Below, one piece after another: positions 11,054-20,965 of a DNA stretch of 64,000 nt. Both the position numbers and the translations under genes were made by a program. This DNA is from Gallionellaceae bacterium (GTDB lineage: Bacteria > Pseudomonadota > Gammaproteobacteria > Burkholderiales > Gallionellaceae), in the NCBI GenBank assembly GCA_037140475.1, contig JBAXEJ010000004.1, positions 1,599 through 65,598 of the forward strand, written 5' to 3'. The notes below the pieces were generated by a model that worked only from the letters and a program-made list of their open reading frames with translations, ran no database searches and was not told the origin of the DNA. Position 1 is the first letter of the stretch, and every line of letters starts with the position of its first letter.

Positions 11054-12724
11054 CTATGGCTGATAGCCTGGAATTTTGCTGATGTCTACTTCGTCAATCT
11101 GCGAAGGATCTAGGAATTTTTTCGCGTAGTTTAAATACACTTTTTCTCGAATAAACAAATCAAATAACTCAGGATCAACGTGCCCATTTTCTTTGAAGTT
11201 ACCCAAAATTCTTAGCGACTCGGTCAGTGTTTTTCCATCTTTGTACGGCCGATCTTTGGCAGTGAGCGCTTCAAAAATATCGGCGATACCCATCATGCGC
11301 GCCTGCACCGACATCTGATCGCGAGTTAATCCACGTGGATAGCCTTTGCCATCCATGCGTTCGTGATGCCCTCCAGCAAACTCGGGAACATTTTTCAAAT
11401 GGCGTGGCCACGGCAAAGATTCCAACATTTTAATCGTGACATCAATGTGATGATTAATGATGCCGCGTTCTGCTGCCGTGAGTGTGCCCGCACGAATCGT
11501 CAAGTTACTCACTTCATCTTCACTCAGAAAATTAGCTTGCTGGCCGACTTCATTGATCCATTGATGTTGCGCAATGGCTCGCACTCGATCCTGGTCCGCA
11601 TCACTCATTTTTTCTGAGCCTAAATTGCTCTCGCGCAAAAAAACTCGTTCATCTTCAAGTTGAACTAGAAGCGCAGCGCATTCTTTGCGTTTTATTTCTA
11701 TTGTCGCGACATCCCCTTTCGCTGCGATTTCTGCCTGAAGAAAATTAATTTCCGCATCCCGTTTAAGCACCTCAAAGCGCGTATCGAGCAAATGGATGCG
11801 ATCAAAGATGGTTTGCAGCTTGGTAGATTTATCAACCACATGAACAGGTGTCGTGATTTTGCCGCAGTCATGCAACAGGGCTGCAATTTTGAGTTCGTAT
11901 TTTTCTTTTTCGGTCATGACAAAGTTTTGCAATGACGCACCCGGCTTTGCCTGAGTAATCGCCTCTGCCAACATCATGGTAAGTGCTGGCACACGTGCGC
12001 AATGGCCCCCGGTGTAAGGAGATTTATCGTCAATCGCGGTATTGATGAGACTAATAAACGACTCAAATAACTCTTCCAACTGTTGAATCAAGCGGCGATT
12101 ACTCAGCGCAATGGCGGCCTGAGAAGCGAGCGACTCGAGCAATTGCTGATCGTCTTGGCTAAACTGCCTAACTTCCTTTGTTACCGGATCAAGCGAGTTA
12201 ATTAATTGCAAAACCCCAATAATTTCTTGCTCATGATCGCGCATCGGCACGGTTAGAAACGAGCGCGAGCGATACCCCGTTTTTGCATCGAATTTTTTCG
12301 TGCCAGAGAAGTCGAAGCCCTCAGCCAAATAGGCGTCTTCGATATTAATAGTTTCACCACGCAGTGCTGAATAAGACACCACCATCGCTAAGTTTGGCTG
12401 GCCATTGACATAAAGCTGGATCGGATAAAAAGAGATTTTCTCTCCTGTAGTCCCCCCCATTTGAATCTTTAAAGAGTCATTGCGCAGAATTTCGAAGGTC
12501 AAAACTTTCTTTTCCGGATCGACCAGATAGAGCGTTCCAGCATCCGCATTGGTGATCTTTTTGGCTGCCAATAAAATATCTTCAAGTAGCTTGTCGATAT
12601 TTTTTTCGTTTGAAAGTGCCGCACCAATCTCATTTAAATCGCGCAAACGGGCCAACAAGCCCTCTAGCGTTGATAGCGGCGCTTGCGGTTGATCAACTCC
12701 GGTCTTTAGATTGGTAGCTTCCAT
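11054..12724 (-). CDS. GAF domain / HD-GYP phosphodiesterase
   Basis: N-terminal GAF (…IIGVLQLINS…). HD-GYP catalytic motifs LHDCGK and HHERMDGKGYPRG. Confidence 0.88.
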   Translation of the reverse strand: MEATNLKTGVDQPQAPLSTLEGLLARLRDLNEIGAALSNEKNIDKLLEDILLAAKKITNADAGTLYLVDPEKKVLTFEILRNDSLKIQMGGTTGEKISFYPIQLYVNGQPNLAMVVSYSALRGETINIEDAYLAEGFDFSGTKKFDAKTGYRSRSFLTVPMRDHEQEIIGVLQLINSLDPVTKEVRQFSQDDQQLLESLASQAAIALSNRRLIQQLEELFESFISLINTAIDDKSPYTGGHCARVPALTMMLAEAITQAKPGASLQNFVMTEKEKYELKIAALLHDCGKITTPVHVVDKSTKLQTIFDRIHLLDTRFEVLKRDAEINFLQAEIAAKGDVATIEIKRKECAALLVQLEDERVFLRESNLGSEKMSDADQDRVRAIAQHQWINEVGQQANFLSEDEVSNLTIRAGTLTAAERGIINHHIDVTIKMLESLPWPRHLKNVPEFAGGHHERMDGKGYPRGLTRDQMSVQARMMGIADIFEALTAKDRPYKDGKTLTESLRILGNFKENGHVDPELFDLFIREKVYLNYAKKFLDPSQIDEVDISKIPGYQP

Positions 12725-12734
12725 CGCAGGAGGA

Positions 12735-15122
12735 TTACTTAATGCAGACAGAGCGAACTTGATGAATATCAGTAATGCCCAACAAAACCTTTTCGATACC
12801 GTCTTGCTTCAGGGTGCGCATCCCCTCTTCTAACGCGATCGCAAATAATTCGGCAACCCGCGCGTGTTCTTGAATGCCTTTTTTAATCGGGTCAGTTCCA
12901 ATCAGCAATTCGTGCAAACCGACACGCCCACGATAGCCCGTACCAGAACATTTGTCGCAACCCACATGGTCGTACAAGGTAATCTGCCCCTTGTCGTCCC
13001 CAAACAATTTAACCCATTCTGCGTACTGCGCTTTGTAGGCGGCATTAGGGTCTTTCTTCCAACCTTCAGTGGTCAATAACTCGGCGCCATATTCAACCAG
13101 TAGTGCCTTAATTTCTTCTTGCGAAGCAATGTGTGGTTTTTTGCAGTCTTTGCATAAGCGCTTAGCAAGACGCTGCGCCAAAATACCCAATAACGCATCG
13201 GCAAAGTTAAACGGATCCATACCCATATCGAGCAAACGACTAATCGACTCTGGCGCACTATTGGTGTGCAAGGTGGCAAATACTAAGTGGCCCGTAAGCG
13301 AGGCCTCAATGCCGGTAGATACGGTTTCTTTGTCACGCATCTCACCGACCATAATCACATCTGGGTCGGCACGCAAAAATGCGCGCATGACCGTGGCAAA
13401 ATCAAGCCCTGCCTTTTTGTTAATCTGTACTTGGCGCAGCCCCTTTTGCGTAATCTCAACAGGATCTTCTGCTGTCCAGATTTTCGTCTCCGGGTTATTA
13501 ATGTGCTTCAAGATGGAGTGCAGAGTAGTGGTTTTACCCGAGCCGGTTGGACCACACACAAAGAACAAGCCATAAGGTTTGCTGACCGTTGTTTTGACTA
13601 ATTCCAAATTGCGTACCGAGAAGCCCATGTTGTCGAGCGGGATCGGCTCACCTGACGCCAGAATACGCATCACCACATCTTCAACGCCACCCTGCGATGG
13701 AATAGTTGCCACACGCAACTCGATATCTAACGGACCAAATTTTTTAAATTTAATTTTGCCGTCTTGCGGTTTCCGTTTTTCAGAAATATCTAAATCACAC
13801 ATGATCTTGAGTCGCGTAACCAAGGCATTGCGATAGGTCGAAGGAACCTCAATGTAGTTGAGCAAGGAGCCGTCTTTACGTAACCGAACCCCGGTTTTAC
13901 CCTTGCCCGGCATCGGCTCGATATGAATATCGGATGCGCCCATCTTGTAGGCATCCACGATAATCTTATTCACCAACTTGACCAACTCGTTATCCGCAGC
14001 CGCACTAACGTCTTCTTGACTAAGCGCACTGGATTCTTCCTCATCCGATCCAAGTGAAGTGAGTAGGTCATCCATGGAGCCCATGTCTTCCATGCTGCCA
14101 GTAGTCTCTGAACTACTGCTGCCACCGTAAAACAGATCAAGCGTGGCCTTAAATTCACGTTGCGGGCAGACACGATAAATCAGCCGATGCTTAGGAAAGA
14201 TGTTGTTTACAACGCGCGAGGCTTGAATTCGTTCAGGGTCGGTGGTGAGAATAATGAGCCCATCTGAAGAGTCATCAATCGGCACCCAGTGGCTACTCTC
14301 CACGTATTCGCGGCGTAGATTTTTAAGTAACTCACCCGGTTTAATACGGTCAGATTTGTACGGCTCATAGGGCACACCAAAAAAGCTGGATAGCGCCTTA
14401 CCTAATGCCTCTGTTTTTACTTGAAACTCATCAATCAGCACATCTTCAACATCAACGCCCTTGCGCCGTGCGGTACGGGTGGCCAATTCAAACTCTGCCG
14501 CCGACATCACTGCATCGGCCACCAAATAATCATATTTAGTTTTGACTATTCCCGCTTGCTGCTGACGCTGACGTAAGGCTACTGCAAGCGTCTGTGACAG
14601 CTCACGCACGCCTTCCTCCACCAACTCAGGAAAGGGAATGCCAGCCTTGTTGTTAATAACCTGAATAACGCCGATTAACTCGCCGGAAGTTGTTTCTAGG
14701 ATGGGCGCAACCAACATTTGCTTGGTGCGATAACCGGTGCGTTTATCCACGTCTTGCAAAAAGCGCAAAGTTGCGCTGAATGAAGTCAGCTCATGTTCGT
14801 CGTACACATCTTTAATATTGAGCAGCTTTTTATTGAACGCTGCAAAACCGGCGATACTTTGTTCTGCAATCGGAAGCTTGAGATCTTTAAAAGAATTTAG
14901 TCCCGTTTTAACTTTAGAAATTAACGAAGCTTTATCTTCTGCAACCACATAAACAGTTAAACGATCAGCATTAAAAAGATTGCAAATGTCCTTGCTGACA
15001 TCCAACATAATTTCGTCGATATTATTCGTCGCGTGAATCTTGTTGGTAACTTGGTTCAGATTTTTTGTGAACTCCAGCTGTGCACCAATTTCATTCACAT
15101 TGCCTTGCACCACATTATTCAT
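12735..15122 (-). CDS. GspE/PilB/MshE-family secretion-type ATPase with N-terminal GAF domain
   Basis: Contains a GAF domain (…ELIGVIQVINNK…) and a T2SSE_N/MshEN-like segment (LVADAVMSAAEFELATRTARRKGVDVEDVLIDE). An acidic Ser/Thr-rich linker follows. ATPase motifs are Walker A GPTGSGKTTT, Walker B DPDVIMVGEMRD and His box GHLVFATLHTN. Tetracysteine motif CKDC…CDKCSGTGYRGR. Confidence 0.9.
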   Translation of the reverse strand: MNNVVQGNVNEIGAQLEFTKNLNQVTNKIHATNNIDEIMLDVSKDICNLFNADRLTVYVVAEDKASLISKVKTGLNSFKDLKLPIAEQSIAGFAAFNKKLLNIKDVYDEHELTSFSATLRFLQDVDKRTGYRTKQMLVAPILETTSGELIGVIQVINNKAGIPFPELVEEGVRELSQTLAVALRQRQQQAGIVKTKYDYLVADAVMSAAEFELATRTARRKGVDVEDVLIDEFQVKTEALGKALSSFFGVPYEPYKSDRIKPGELLKNLRREYVESSHWVPIDDSSDGLIILTTDPERIQASRVVNNIFPKHRLIYRVCPQREFKATLDLFYGGSSSSETTGSMEDMGSMDDLLTSLGSDEEESSALSQEDVSAAADNELVKLVNKIIVDAYKMGASDIHIEPMPGKGKTGVRLRKDGSLLNYIEVPSTYRNALVTRLKIMCDLDISEKRKPQDGKIKFKKFGPLDIELRVATIPSQGGVEDVVMRILASGEPIPLDNMGFSVRNLELVKTTVSKPYGLFFVCGPTGSGKTTTLHSILKHINNPETKIWTAEDPVEITQKGLRQVQINKKAGLDFATVMRAFLRADPDVIMVGEMRDKETVSTGIEASLTGHLVFATLHTNSAPESISRLLDMGMDPFNFADALLGILAQRLAKRLCKDCKKPHIASQEEIKALLVEYGAELLTTEGWKKDPNAAYKAQYAEWVKLFGDDKGQITLYDHVGCDKCSGTGYRGRVGLHELLIGTDPIKKGIQEHARVAELFAIALEEGMRTLKQDGIEKVLLGITDIHQVRSVCIK

Positions 15123-15141
15123 AACTATTCCGACTTTCCTT

Positions 15142-16227
15142 TTATTGCTGCTCTGACTTTGGAATAGACCAAAGTCCGTTTTCTAACACGTTCACTTTGT
15201 AACCCGCTTGCGCCAAAATAAAAGCGGCGGCGGCACTACGGCGACCACTCTGGCAATAGGCAATATAAGGTACATCTTTACTTAACGCGCCAACCGCATT
15301 GCGGATATCGTTTAGCGGCACATTAATCGCCCCGGGTAGTTTGTCAAAACGGTACTCTGGAGGATGTCGCACGTCTAACCAAACAGCCCCCGTCGCCACT
15401 TCTTTTTTGGCCTCGGCATAGCTAATTTTATGCAACAGAGGTTCTTGCATCAGCTCAAGAAAGTCTTGCTTCTTGAGTCTAAGCAGGACTCCATTACTTC
15501 TCATGGTCACGGTCGCATTGCGTTTTGAATTTGAGATGAGCGCCTCTTCGCCGAATACATCGCCGGCTTTAAGTTCGGCCAACACCATCTGAGTTCCACC
15601 GACCATTCGCGTCACTTGAGCACGTCCGCTCTCAATCAAATAGTAGTAATCACCCTCACCCCCTTCATGGATGATGACTTCTTTATCCCACACCGCCACC
15701 ACTTCGATGCGTTCTAGCAGCATGCCAATGTTGGCTGAGGGCAAATGGGCAAATGGGCTGTTATGCAGATTTTCAGCACTAAACATGCCCGAATTTAATA
15801 ATCGCTTAACCACCGTATCCGCGTTTTTTTTCGCCTGAGGTGCTTTGCTTTCATCGTGATAGGAAAACTGATCCCAGGTAATCATCTGATCGAGCAGCTC
15901 ATCATCCACTCGTAATAGCTGAATGCGAGTGAGCGCCTTGGCTGAATTAATATTGGGCTGGCGCTTGCCAATAGGATGGCGAGCCCACTCAGAGTCTGCA
16001 CACATAACCACATTATTGCCATCAGCATAATTAATTTCGAGCTCGCCTCTCACCAGATAGACTGACTGTCCTTGCAACGAACGGCCCGCGAATGGGTCTT
16101 GCCCCTGTGCAATAGTTTCCAAATGACAATACTCAAGCAACTCTCTTAGCCGCGAAGGACCAAATGACGAGATGGGCTCTAAGGCTGCAAGCACTCGAAT
16201 ATCTAAAATATCATGCATACGACTCAA
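15142..16227 (-). CDS. tandem cyclic-nucleotide-binding domains fused to a rhodanese domain
   Basis: CAP_ED-like segment (GDYYYLIESGRAQV…FGEEALISNSKRNATV) and C-terminal rhodanese with active-site loop CQSGRRS. Confidence 0.8.
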   Translation of the reverse strand: MSRMHDILDIRVLAALEPISSFGPSRLRELLEYCHLETIAQGQDPFAGRSLQGQSVYLVRGELEINYADGNNVVMCADSEWARHPIGKRQPNINSAKALTRIQLLRVDDELLDQMITWDQFSYHDESKAPQAKKNADTVVKRLLNSGMFSAENLHNSPFAHLPSANIGMLLERIEVVAVWDKEVIIHEGGEGDYYYLIESGRAQVTRMVGGTQMVLAELKAGDVFGEEALISNSKRNATVTMRSNGVLLRLKKQDFLELMQEPLLHKISYAEAKKEVATGAVWLDVRHPPEYRFDKLPGAINVPLNDIRNAVGALSKDVPYIAYCQSGRRSAAAAFILAQAGYKVNVLENGLWSIPKSEQQ

Positions 16228-16239
16228 TTTATCCTTGTG

Positions 16240-17004
16240 TTAAAACTCGAACTCTTGTCCGTTTTGGAGCATTTTAGGAATAAAGCCAACGACGCATTCA
16301 CTAATTTCCTGCATCGTCAACTCCACCTCACCTGGTTTTAAATGCGTGATATAAATTTGCGGATTACGTTTGAGCTTAACGATGTCTTTAGCCAACAGGC
16401 TTGGACAAAAATGTTTAGACATCAGTGCTAAATCCAACTCAGCATTTGAGAATGCGGTTTCCACGATTAGGTATTGCAAATTTTCAATACTATTCAAGGT
16501 GTCCCACAGTGCAGAACACACCGAGGTGTCGCCGCTAAACGCTAAACTCGCCACTCCGCTATCCAATAAAAATCCAACTGCAGGCACAACGTGGTTAGCA
16601 GGTATTGCGGTAACCTTACGTCCCTGCAAATCAACAGTTTTGCCTAGCTCTATCGCCTCATAACGCAAACAAGGCTGTTGCGCATTAGGGATCACGCTGA
16701 AGTCAGGCCAGATCGACCAATTAAAAATATGCTGCTTAAGAGTGGCGATGGTTTCTGCAGTTGCGTGAACAGTTAGCGGTTTATCTCTCATAGCCCCAAC
16801 GCTATCAACCAGCAAAGGGATACACGCCACATGGTCCAAGTGGGAATGGGTGACAAAAACATGGTCGATCAAAATCATCTCAGCCAAACTTAAATCACCC
16901 ACCCCGGTTCCTGCATCAATCAATATATCGTGATCGAGCAACATCGAAGTCGTGCGCAAGTTTCCACCTATTCCGCCACTGCAACCTAGAATTCTTAACT
17001 TCAT
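16240..17004 (-). CDS. class-II 3',5'-cyclic-nucleotide phosphodiesterase (metallo-beta-lactamase fold)
   Basis: 254 aa. MKLRILGCSGG N-terminus and THSHLDH metal motif, typical of class-II cAMP phosphodiesterases. Confidence 0.75.
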   Translation of the reverse strand: MKLRILGCSGGIGGNLRTTSMLLDHDILIDAGTGVGDLSLAEMILIDHVFVTHSHLDHVACIPLLVDSVGAMRDKPLTVHATAETIATLKQHIFNWSIWPDFSVIPNAQQPCLRYEAIELGKTVDLQGRKVTAIPANHVVPAVGFLLDSGVASLAFSGDTSVCSALWDTLNSIENLQYLIVETAFSNAELDLALMSKHFCPSLLAKDIVKLKRNPQIYITHLKPGEVELTMQEISECVVGFIPKMLQNGQEFEF

Positions 17005-17057
17005 CGTTGAACCATCCCTGGCCGATTAAATTGCTAACTTAATATGTAGTTAGTAAT

Positions 17058-19277
17058 TTATTTTGTTTTAAATACAAATACGCCATCCCACTCACTACCT
17101 GGCGGATTCTGACGGAAGTAAACAACACGTTCCGCATAGACTTGATACAGCTTTTCTTGCGGAGACATTTTTTGCAAATTGAATAACTGCAACTCAGCCT
17201 GATCCCATTCTTGTTTGCGATAGGATCGTAGTGCTTGATGAAACAACTTCATTTCTTCCAAGGTATCTTTTTCGAGTTGTCCTGTCAGACCCATCGGCTG
17301 AAAAATCGCAACGGGCTTATCCTTACCTTTGACCCGCACCAAATCGAGCTCGCGATACACAAAGTCAGGTGCAACCTCCTTGGTCTTTTCACCGACAACT
17401 ATGCCAACACCATATTCTTTGGTAATGCCTTCCAATCGCGAAGCCAAGTTCACTGCATCGCCCATTACGGTATAGGCGACACGCACCTCGGAGCCCATGT
17501 TGCCTACACTCACCATTCCAGTATTGATACCCACACCAATATGTATGGGAGGCCAACCACGTTCTTTAAAGTGTGGTTGCAACGCCTCTAATGTTTGCAA
17601 CATTTCCAAGCCCGCCACAATCGAATGATGCGCATGATTTGCATCCGGCAGCGGAGCCCCCCAAAACGCCATGATGCAGTCGCCCATATATTTGTCGATG
17701 GTGCCACGATGCTTATAAACAACGCGTGACAGCGGTGTCAAAAACTCATTCATCAACAATGAAAGCTCTTTAGGATCTAGCCCTTCTGAAATAGTGGTAA
17801 AGCCTCGCACGTCAGAAAATAGAGTGGTCATCTCACGCCCCTCTCCTTCCATTGAAACGCTTTCTGGACGCTCACTCATTTCGCTGACCACTTCTTTCGG
17901 CACGTACTGTCCAAACAGATTAGTAATTTGCCGCTTAGTGCGCGATTCCACGAAATAACCATAGGACATATTAAGTGCAAAAAGTGCAACGATCATCATT
18001 AGGCCGCCGCCCAGGGGTAACGCAATATTGCCGTATTGCCACACGCCGCCGTTAATGACCACTGTCGCAATCAATATAACAACTGTCACCAAAGTATTCT
18101 GCAAGGGGTTGAGCAAAGGCAGTATAAAAGCCATGGCAATCCCCACCAGGAGTATGAGCAAAACCTCCACGCCAAGGACATATGGCGGGTTAGATTTAAT
18201 CGATTGATTGAGAATGCCACTAATCATGTTCGCGTGAATCTCAACTCCCGGGAATACTTCATCCACAGGTGTTGCTCGCAAATCCAATAAACCTGGCGCG
18301 GTGGTTCCGATCAAAATTATTTTATTTTTTAAATCATCTAGCGCCACGCGCTCTTTCAAGACGTCTACTACCGAAATATATTTAAAGGTATTACGTCCAC
18401 CACTATAGGGCACTAGCGCATCTACCTTTGCATCCACAGGAATACTCAACTTACCCTGCGAGGTAGCTAGCTCTAACCACTCCAAGCCAGCATAATCTTT
18501 TGCATTTGCGCCCTCGCCATAGCCAGGAATTAGTTGCGGTGAACCCAAGGCCGTACGCACAACCGCCAGCGACAATGACTCATAGTAAGCGCCTGCATAT
18601 TCCACCACCATGGGAATGCGCCTAACAATGCCGTCGAAATCCACCTGCGGATTAAAGTGCCCTGCTGATGCGGCATTCGCTTGAAACTCGGAAAGATTCG
18701 CACCATAGCCCTCCCATTTCGAAAAATTAATGGGGCGACCTTTAAATGAACCCGCTTCAAAAACTGGCGCTGGCAAAGCTCCCGAAACATCTTTTGCAGA
18801 ATTGAAGTAATACCCCAAAACAATATTTCTCTGCTTCATCTTATTGACGAACAGATTGTCATATTCAAGTTGAGGTTTGATCTGAGATAAAACTGACTGA
18901 AACTGAGCGACATCTTTGAGTTGATTTTTACCCAATTCCTGCAAAACTTTAAGACCGGAACTACTATCTCTTTCGGCAAATACGACGTCGAAGCCTACGA
19001 CTGCAACATTATATTTGTCGAATAGCTTGTCCATCAGTGAAGCAAGCTTGTCACGACCCCAAGGCCAACGCCCTTCTTCTTTTAGACTTTTCTCATCAAT
19101 ATCTAAAATAACGATACGATCATCGCTCACGTGTGGCAAAGTCAGACGCAAGCGCGTGTCATACAATTTTGCTTCTACAAAACTAACGAAACCAAGCTGA
19201 TAAAACCTTGCTGCGTTGCCGAGGAAGAGAAAGACGATAGCGAGGCCGAGTGCAATTAACAGTGCATGCTTTTTCAC
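17058..19277 (-). CDS. CHASE2 sensor / class-III adenylate-guanylate cyclase
   Basis: N-terminal TM and CHASE2 signature (EEGRWPWGRD), followed by a TM cluster. C-terminal cyclase domain (TTLFSDVRGFTTISE…GDCIMAFWGAP…MGDAVNLASRLE). Confidence 0.88.
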   Translation of the reverse strand: MKKHALLIALGLAIVFLFLGNAARFYQLGFVSFVEAKLYDTRLRLTLPHVSDDRIVILDIDEKSLKEEGRWPWGRDKLASLMDKLFDKYNVAVVGFDVVFAERDSSSGLKVLQELGKNQLKDVAQFQSVLSQIKPQLEYDNLFVNKMKQRNIVLGYYFNSAKDVSGALPAPVFEAGSFKGRPINFSKWEGYGANLSEFQANAASAGHFNPQVDFDGIVRRIPMVVEYAGAYYESLSLAVVRTALGSPQLIPGYGEGANAKDYAGLEWLELATSQGKLSIPVDAKVDALVPYSGGRNTFKYISVVDVLKERVALDDLKNKIILIGTTAPGLLDLRATPVDEVFPGVEIHANMISGILNQSIKSNPPYVLGVEVLLILLVGIAMAFILPLLNPLQNTLVTVVILIATVVINGGVWQYGNIALPLGGGLMMIVALFALNMSYGYFVESRTKRQITNLFGQYVPKEVVSEMSERPESVSMEGEGREMTTLFSDVRGFTTISEGLDPKELSLLMNEFLTPLSRVVYKHRGTIDKYMGDCIMAFWGAPLPDANHAHHSIVAGLEMLQTLEALQPHFKERGWPPIHIGVGINTGMVSVGNMGSEVRVAYTVMGDAVNLASRLEGITKEYGVGIVVGEKTKEVAPDFVYRELDLVRVKGKDKPVAIFQPMGLTGQLEKDTLEEMKLFHQALRSYRKQEWDQAELQLFNLQKMSPQEKLYQVYAERVVYFRQNPPGSEWDGVFVFKTK

Positions 19278-19328
19278 TCAAACCTCGTCATATGAATTAA
19301 AAAATGTTTGATCGCTCAATGTACTAAA

Positions 19329-20075
19329 TCAAGCTTTAAAATAAAACTCCATTTTCACGCCGGCCAACTCAATGATGTCATGATCATTAAGTTGGTGCGG
19401 TTGCTCTCCGGTCGAGGCTCCATTCACCATCGGGAATTTTGCACCTTCAACATGAGTAATAAAGAAACCATGCGGACGCTTAGCCAGTACAGCAACTTGA
19501 ACGCCGGGCTTACCTAAAGTAGTCAAACTTTTGACCAACTCAAGCTCTTTACCTGCATTGGGTCCATTCAAAATTTGCACTGCGGCAACCTGACTTACGG
19601 CCGCTGGCGCTGCTGCCGCAACCTCTCCATCAGTGCCGGCAACAAATTTCCCCGTCACATCCCCTACCCCAACATTAGTTTGAGTGCGAGTAAAATCGCT
19701 CGTCTCGGCCCCTGCTTGGGAAGTCTTAACCGGCCTGCTCAACACCATCGTTTTTTCAAAATCAGCTGACGGAGCTTGCGCTGGCTGATCATTCAAATAT
19801 TTCAGCTTATATTTTCCAATTTCAATGAGGTCATTATTTTGCAGGAAGTGCTTTTTAGTCGCTGTTCCATTTACTGCAAGACCATTTGTACTTTCCAAAT
19901 CCTCTAGAAAGGAGTCATTCAGAATCGTAATGATCGCCGCGTGCTCGCTACTAATCGCTAAGTTGTCGATCACAATGTCGTTATGCGGTTTACGACCGAT
20001 TGTCGTGCGCTCTTTATTTAGCACATACTCTTTCAGCACCACGCCATCCATGCTGAGTATCAATTTAGCCGGCAT
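19329..20075 (-). CDS. FHA domain protein (canonical N-terminal FHA plus C-terminal FHA-like domain)
   Basis: TIGRKPHNDIVIDNLAISSEHAAI…STNGLAVNG is a canonical FHA. The C-terminal half (TTLGKPGVQV…MVNG…DIIELAG) looks like a degenerate second FHA. Confidence 0.85.
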   Translation of the reverse strand: MPAKLILSMDGVVLKEYVLNKERTTIGRKPHNDIVIDNLAISSEHAAIITILNDSFLEDLESTNGLAVNGTATKKHFLQNNDLIEIGKYKLKYLNDQPAQAPSADFEKTMVLSRPVKTSQAGAETSDFTRTQTNVGVGDVTGKFVAGTDGEVAAAAPAAVSQVAAVQILNGPNAGKELELVKSLTTLGKPGVQVAVLAKRPHGFFITHVEGAKFPMVNGASTGEQPHQLNDHDIIELAGVKMEFYFKA

Positions 20076-20092
20076 ATCATCAATCCCCGTAG

Positions 20093-20965
20093 TTAATTCT
20101 TAAACCAAGACAATAATTTTTGCACCCATCCACTCGGGGTTGCAAATTTACCATTTACTTTCACTAAGATAACGGAGACATTATCGCGTCCGCCGTTGTC
20201 GTTTGCCATTTGTATCAGCTGAGTTGCGGCTAAGGGCAAGTTAGCCCGCAACATTTGCAATGTCGAACCAATATCTTCGTCTTCGACCATATCATTCAAT
20301 CCATCAGAGCAGAGTAAATAAACATCGCCCACCTGCAAATCATGAATATGGATTTCAACATCTACGTCATCATCAATACCCACGGCACGTGTGACTAAGT
20401 TTTTATTCTTAGAAGTACGCGCATCTTGTTTACTGATCATGCCGCTATCAATTTGCTCTTGCAGCAAAGAGTGATCGCGCGTGATGGTTTCAAATGTTTC
20501 ACCTCGCAGGCGGTACATTCGAGAATCACCCACATGCGCAACTGCCACCCGATCATCATAAAACAACGCCGCCACTATCGTTGTTCCCATGCCGGAATAT
20601 TGCGGCTGGCTTTCTGCGGCATGAAAAATAGAGGAGTTCGCTTTTTGCACATTATCGCGCAACAAAACTACCGCTTCATCCTCGCCGCTAAAAGCATCTT
20701 GCTCTTCAGGCTTTACGCTTTCCAAACGATGCTTAATCTCAGTTGCCACAACTGAAACCGCAATGCCGCTGGCCACCTCGCCAGCATTGTAGCCCCCCAT
20801 ACCGTCTGCCAAAACCACCAGGCCTGACGGCAAATCAAACGCCACACTATCTTCGTTGTGAGACCTGACCATTCCTGGATGGGTCTGACTTACCATCTCT
20901 AGCGCGTCTTGTATTTTCACACTCCACCCCTGCAATTCAATATTTAGTGCAAAGTCGCCGCACAC
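20093..20965 (-). CDS. PP2C-family Ser/Thr protein phosphatase
   Basis: Motifs RSHNEDS, LADGMGG, CSDGL and GGRDNVS. The start is uncertain: the track ATG overlaps the kinase stop by 22 nt, and a GTG at 20920 is an alternative. Confidence 0.88.
   Translation of the reverse strand: MCGDFALNIELQGWSVKIQDALEMVSQTHPGMVRSHNEDSVAFDLPSGLVVLADGMGGYNAGEVASGIAVSVVATEIKHRLESVKPEEQDAFSGEDEAVVLLRDNVQKANSSIFHAAESQPQYSGMGTTIVAALFYDDRVAVAHVGDSRMYRLRGETFETITRDHSLLQEQIDSGMISKQDARTSKNKNLVTRAVGIDDDVDVEIHIHDLQVGDVYLLCSDGLNDMVEDEDIGSTLQMLRANLPLAATQLIQMANDNGGRDNVSVILVKVNGKFATPSGWVQKLLSWFKN

Noticed and set aside
13069-13575. 168-aa plus-strand ORF, and similar ones at 10474-10947, 22766-23209, 24614-25054, 48382-48873 and 49174-49668
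   Set aside because: All are antisense shadows fully embedded in well-supported conserved genes (GspE-type ATPase, corA, kinase, terC/sucD, purH). Their composition is low-complexity or Cys/Arg/Ser-rich and they have no start-site signals.
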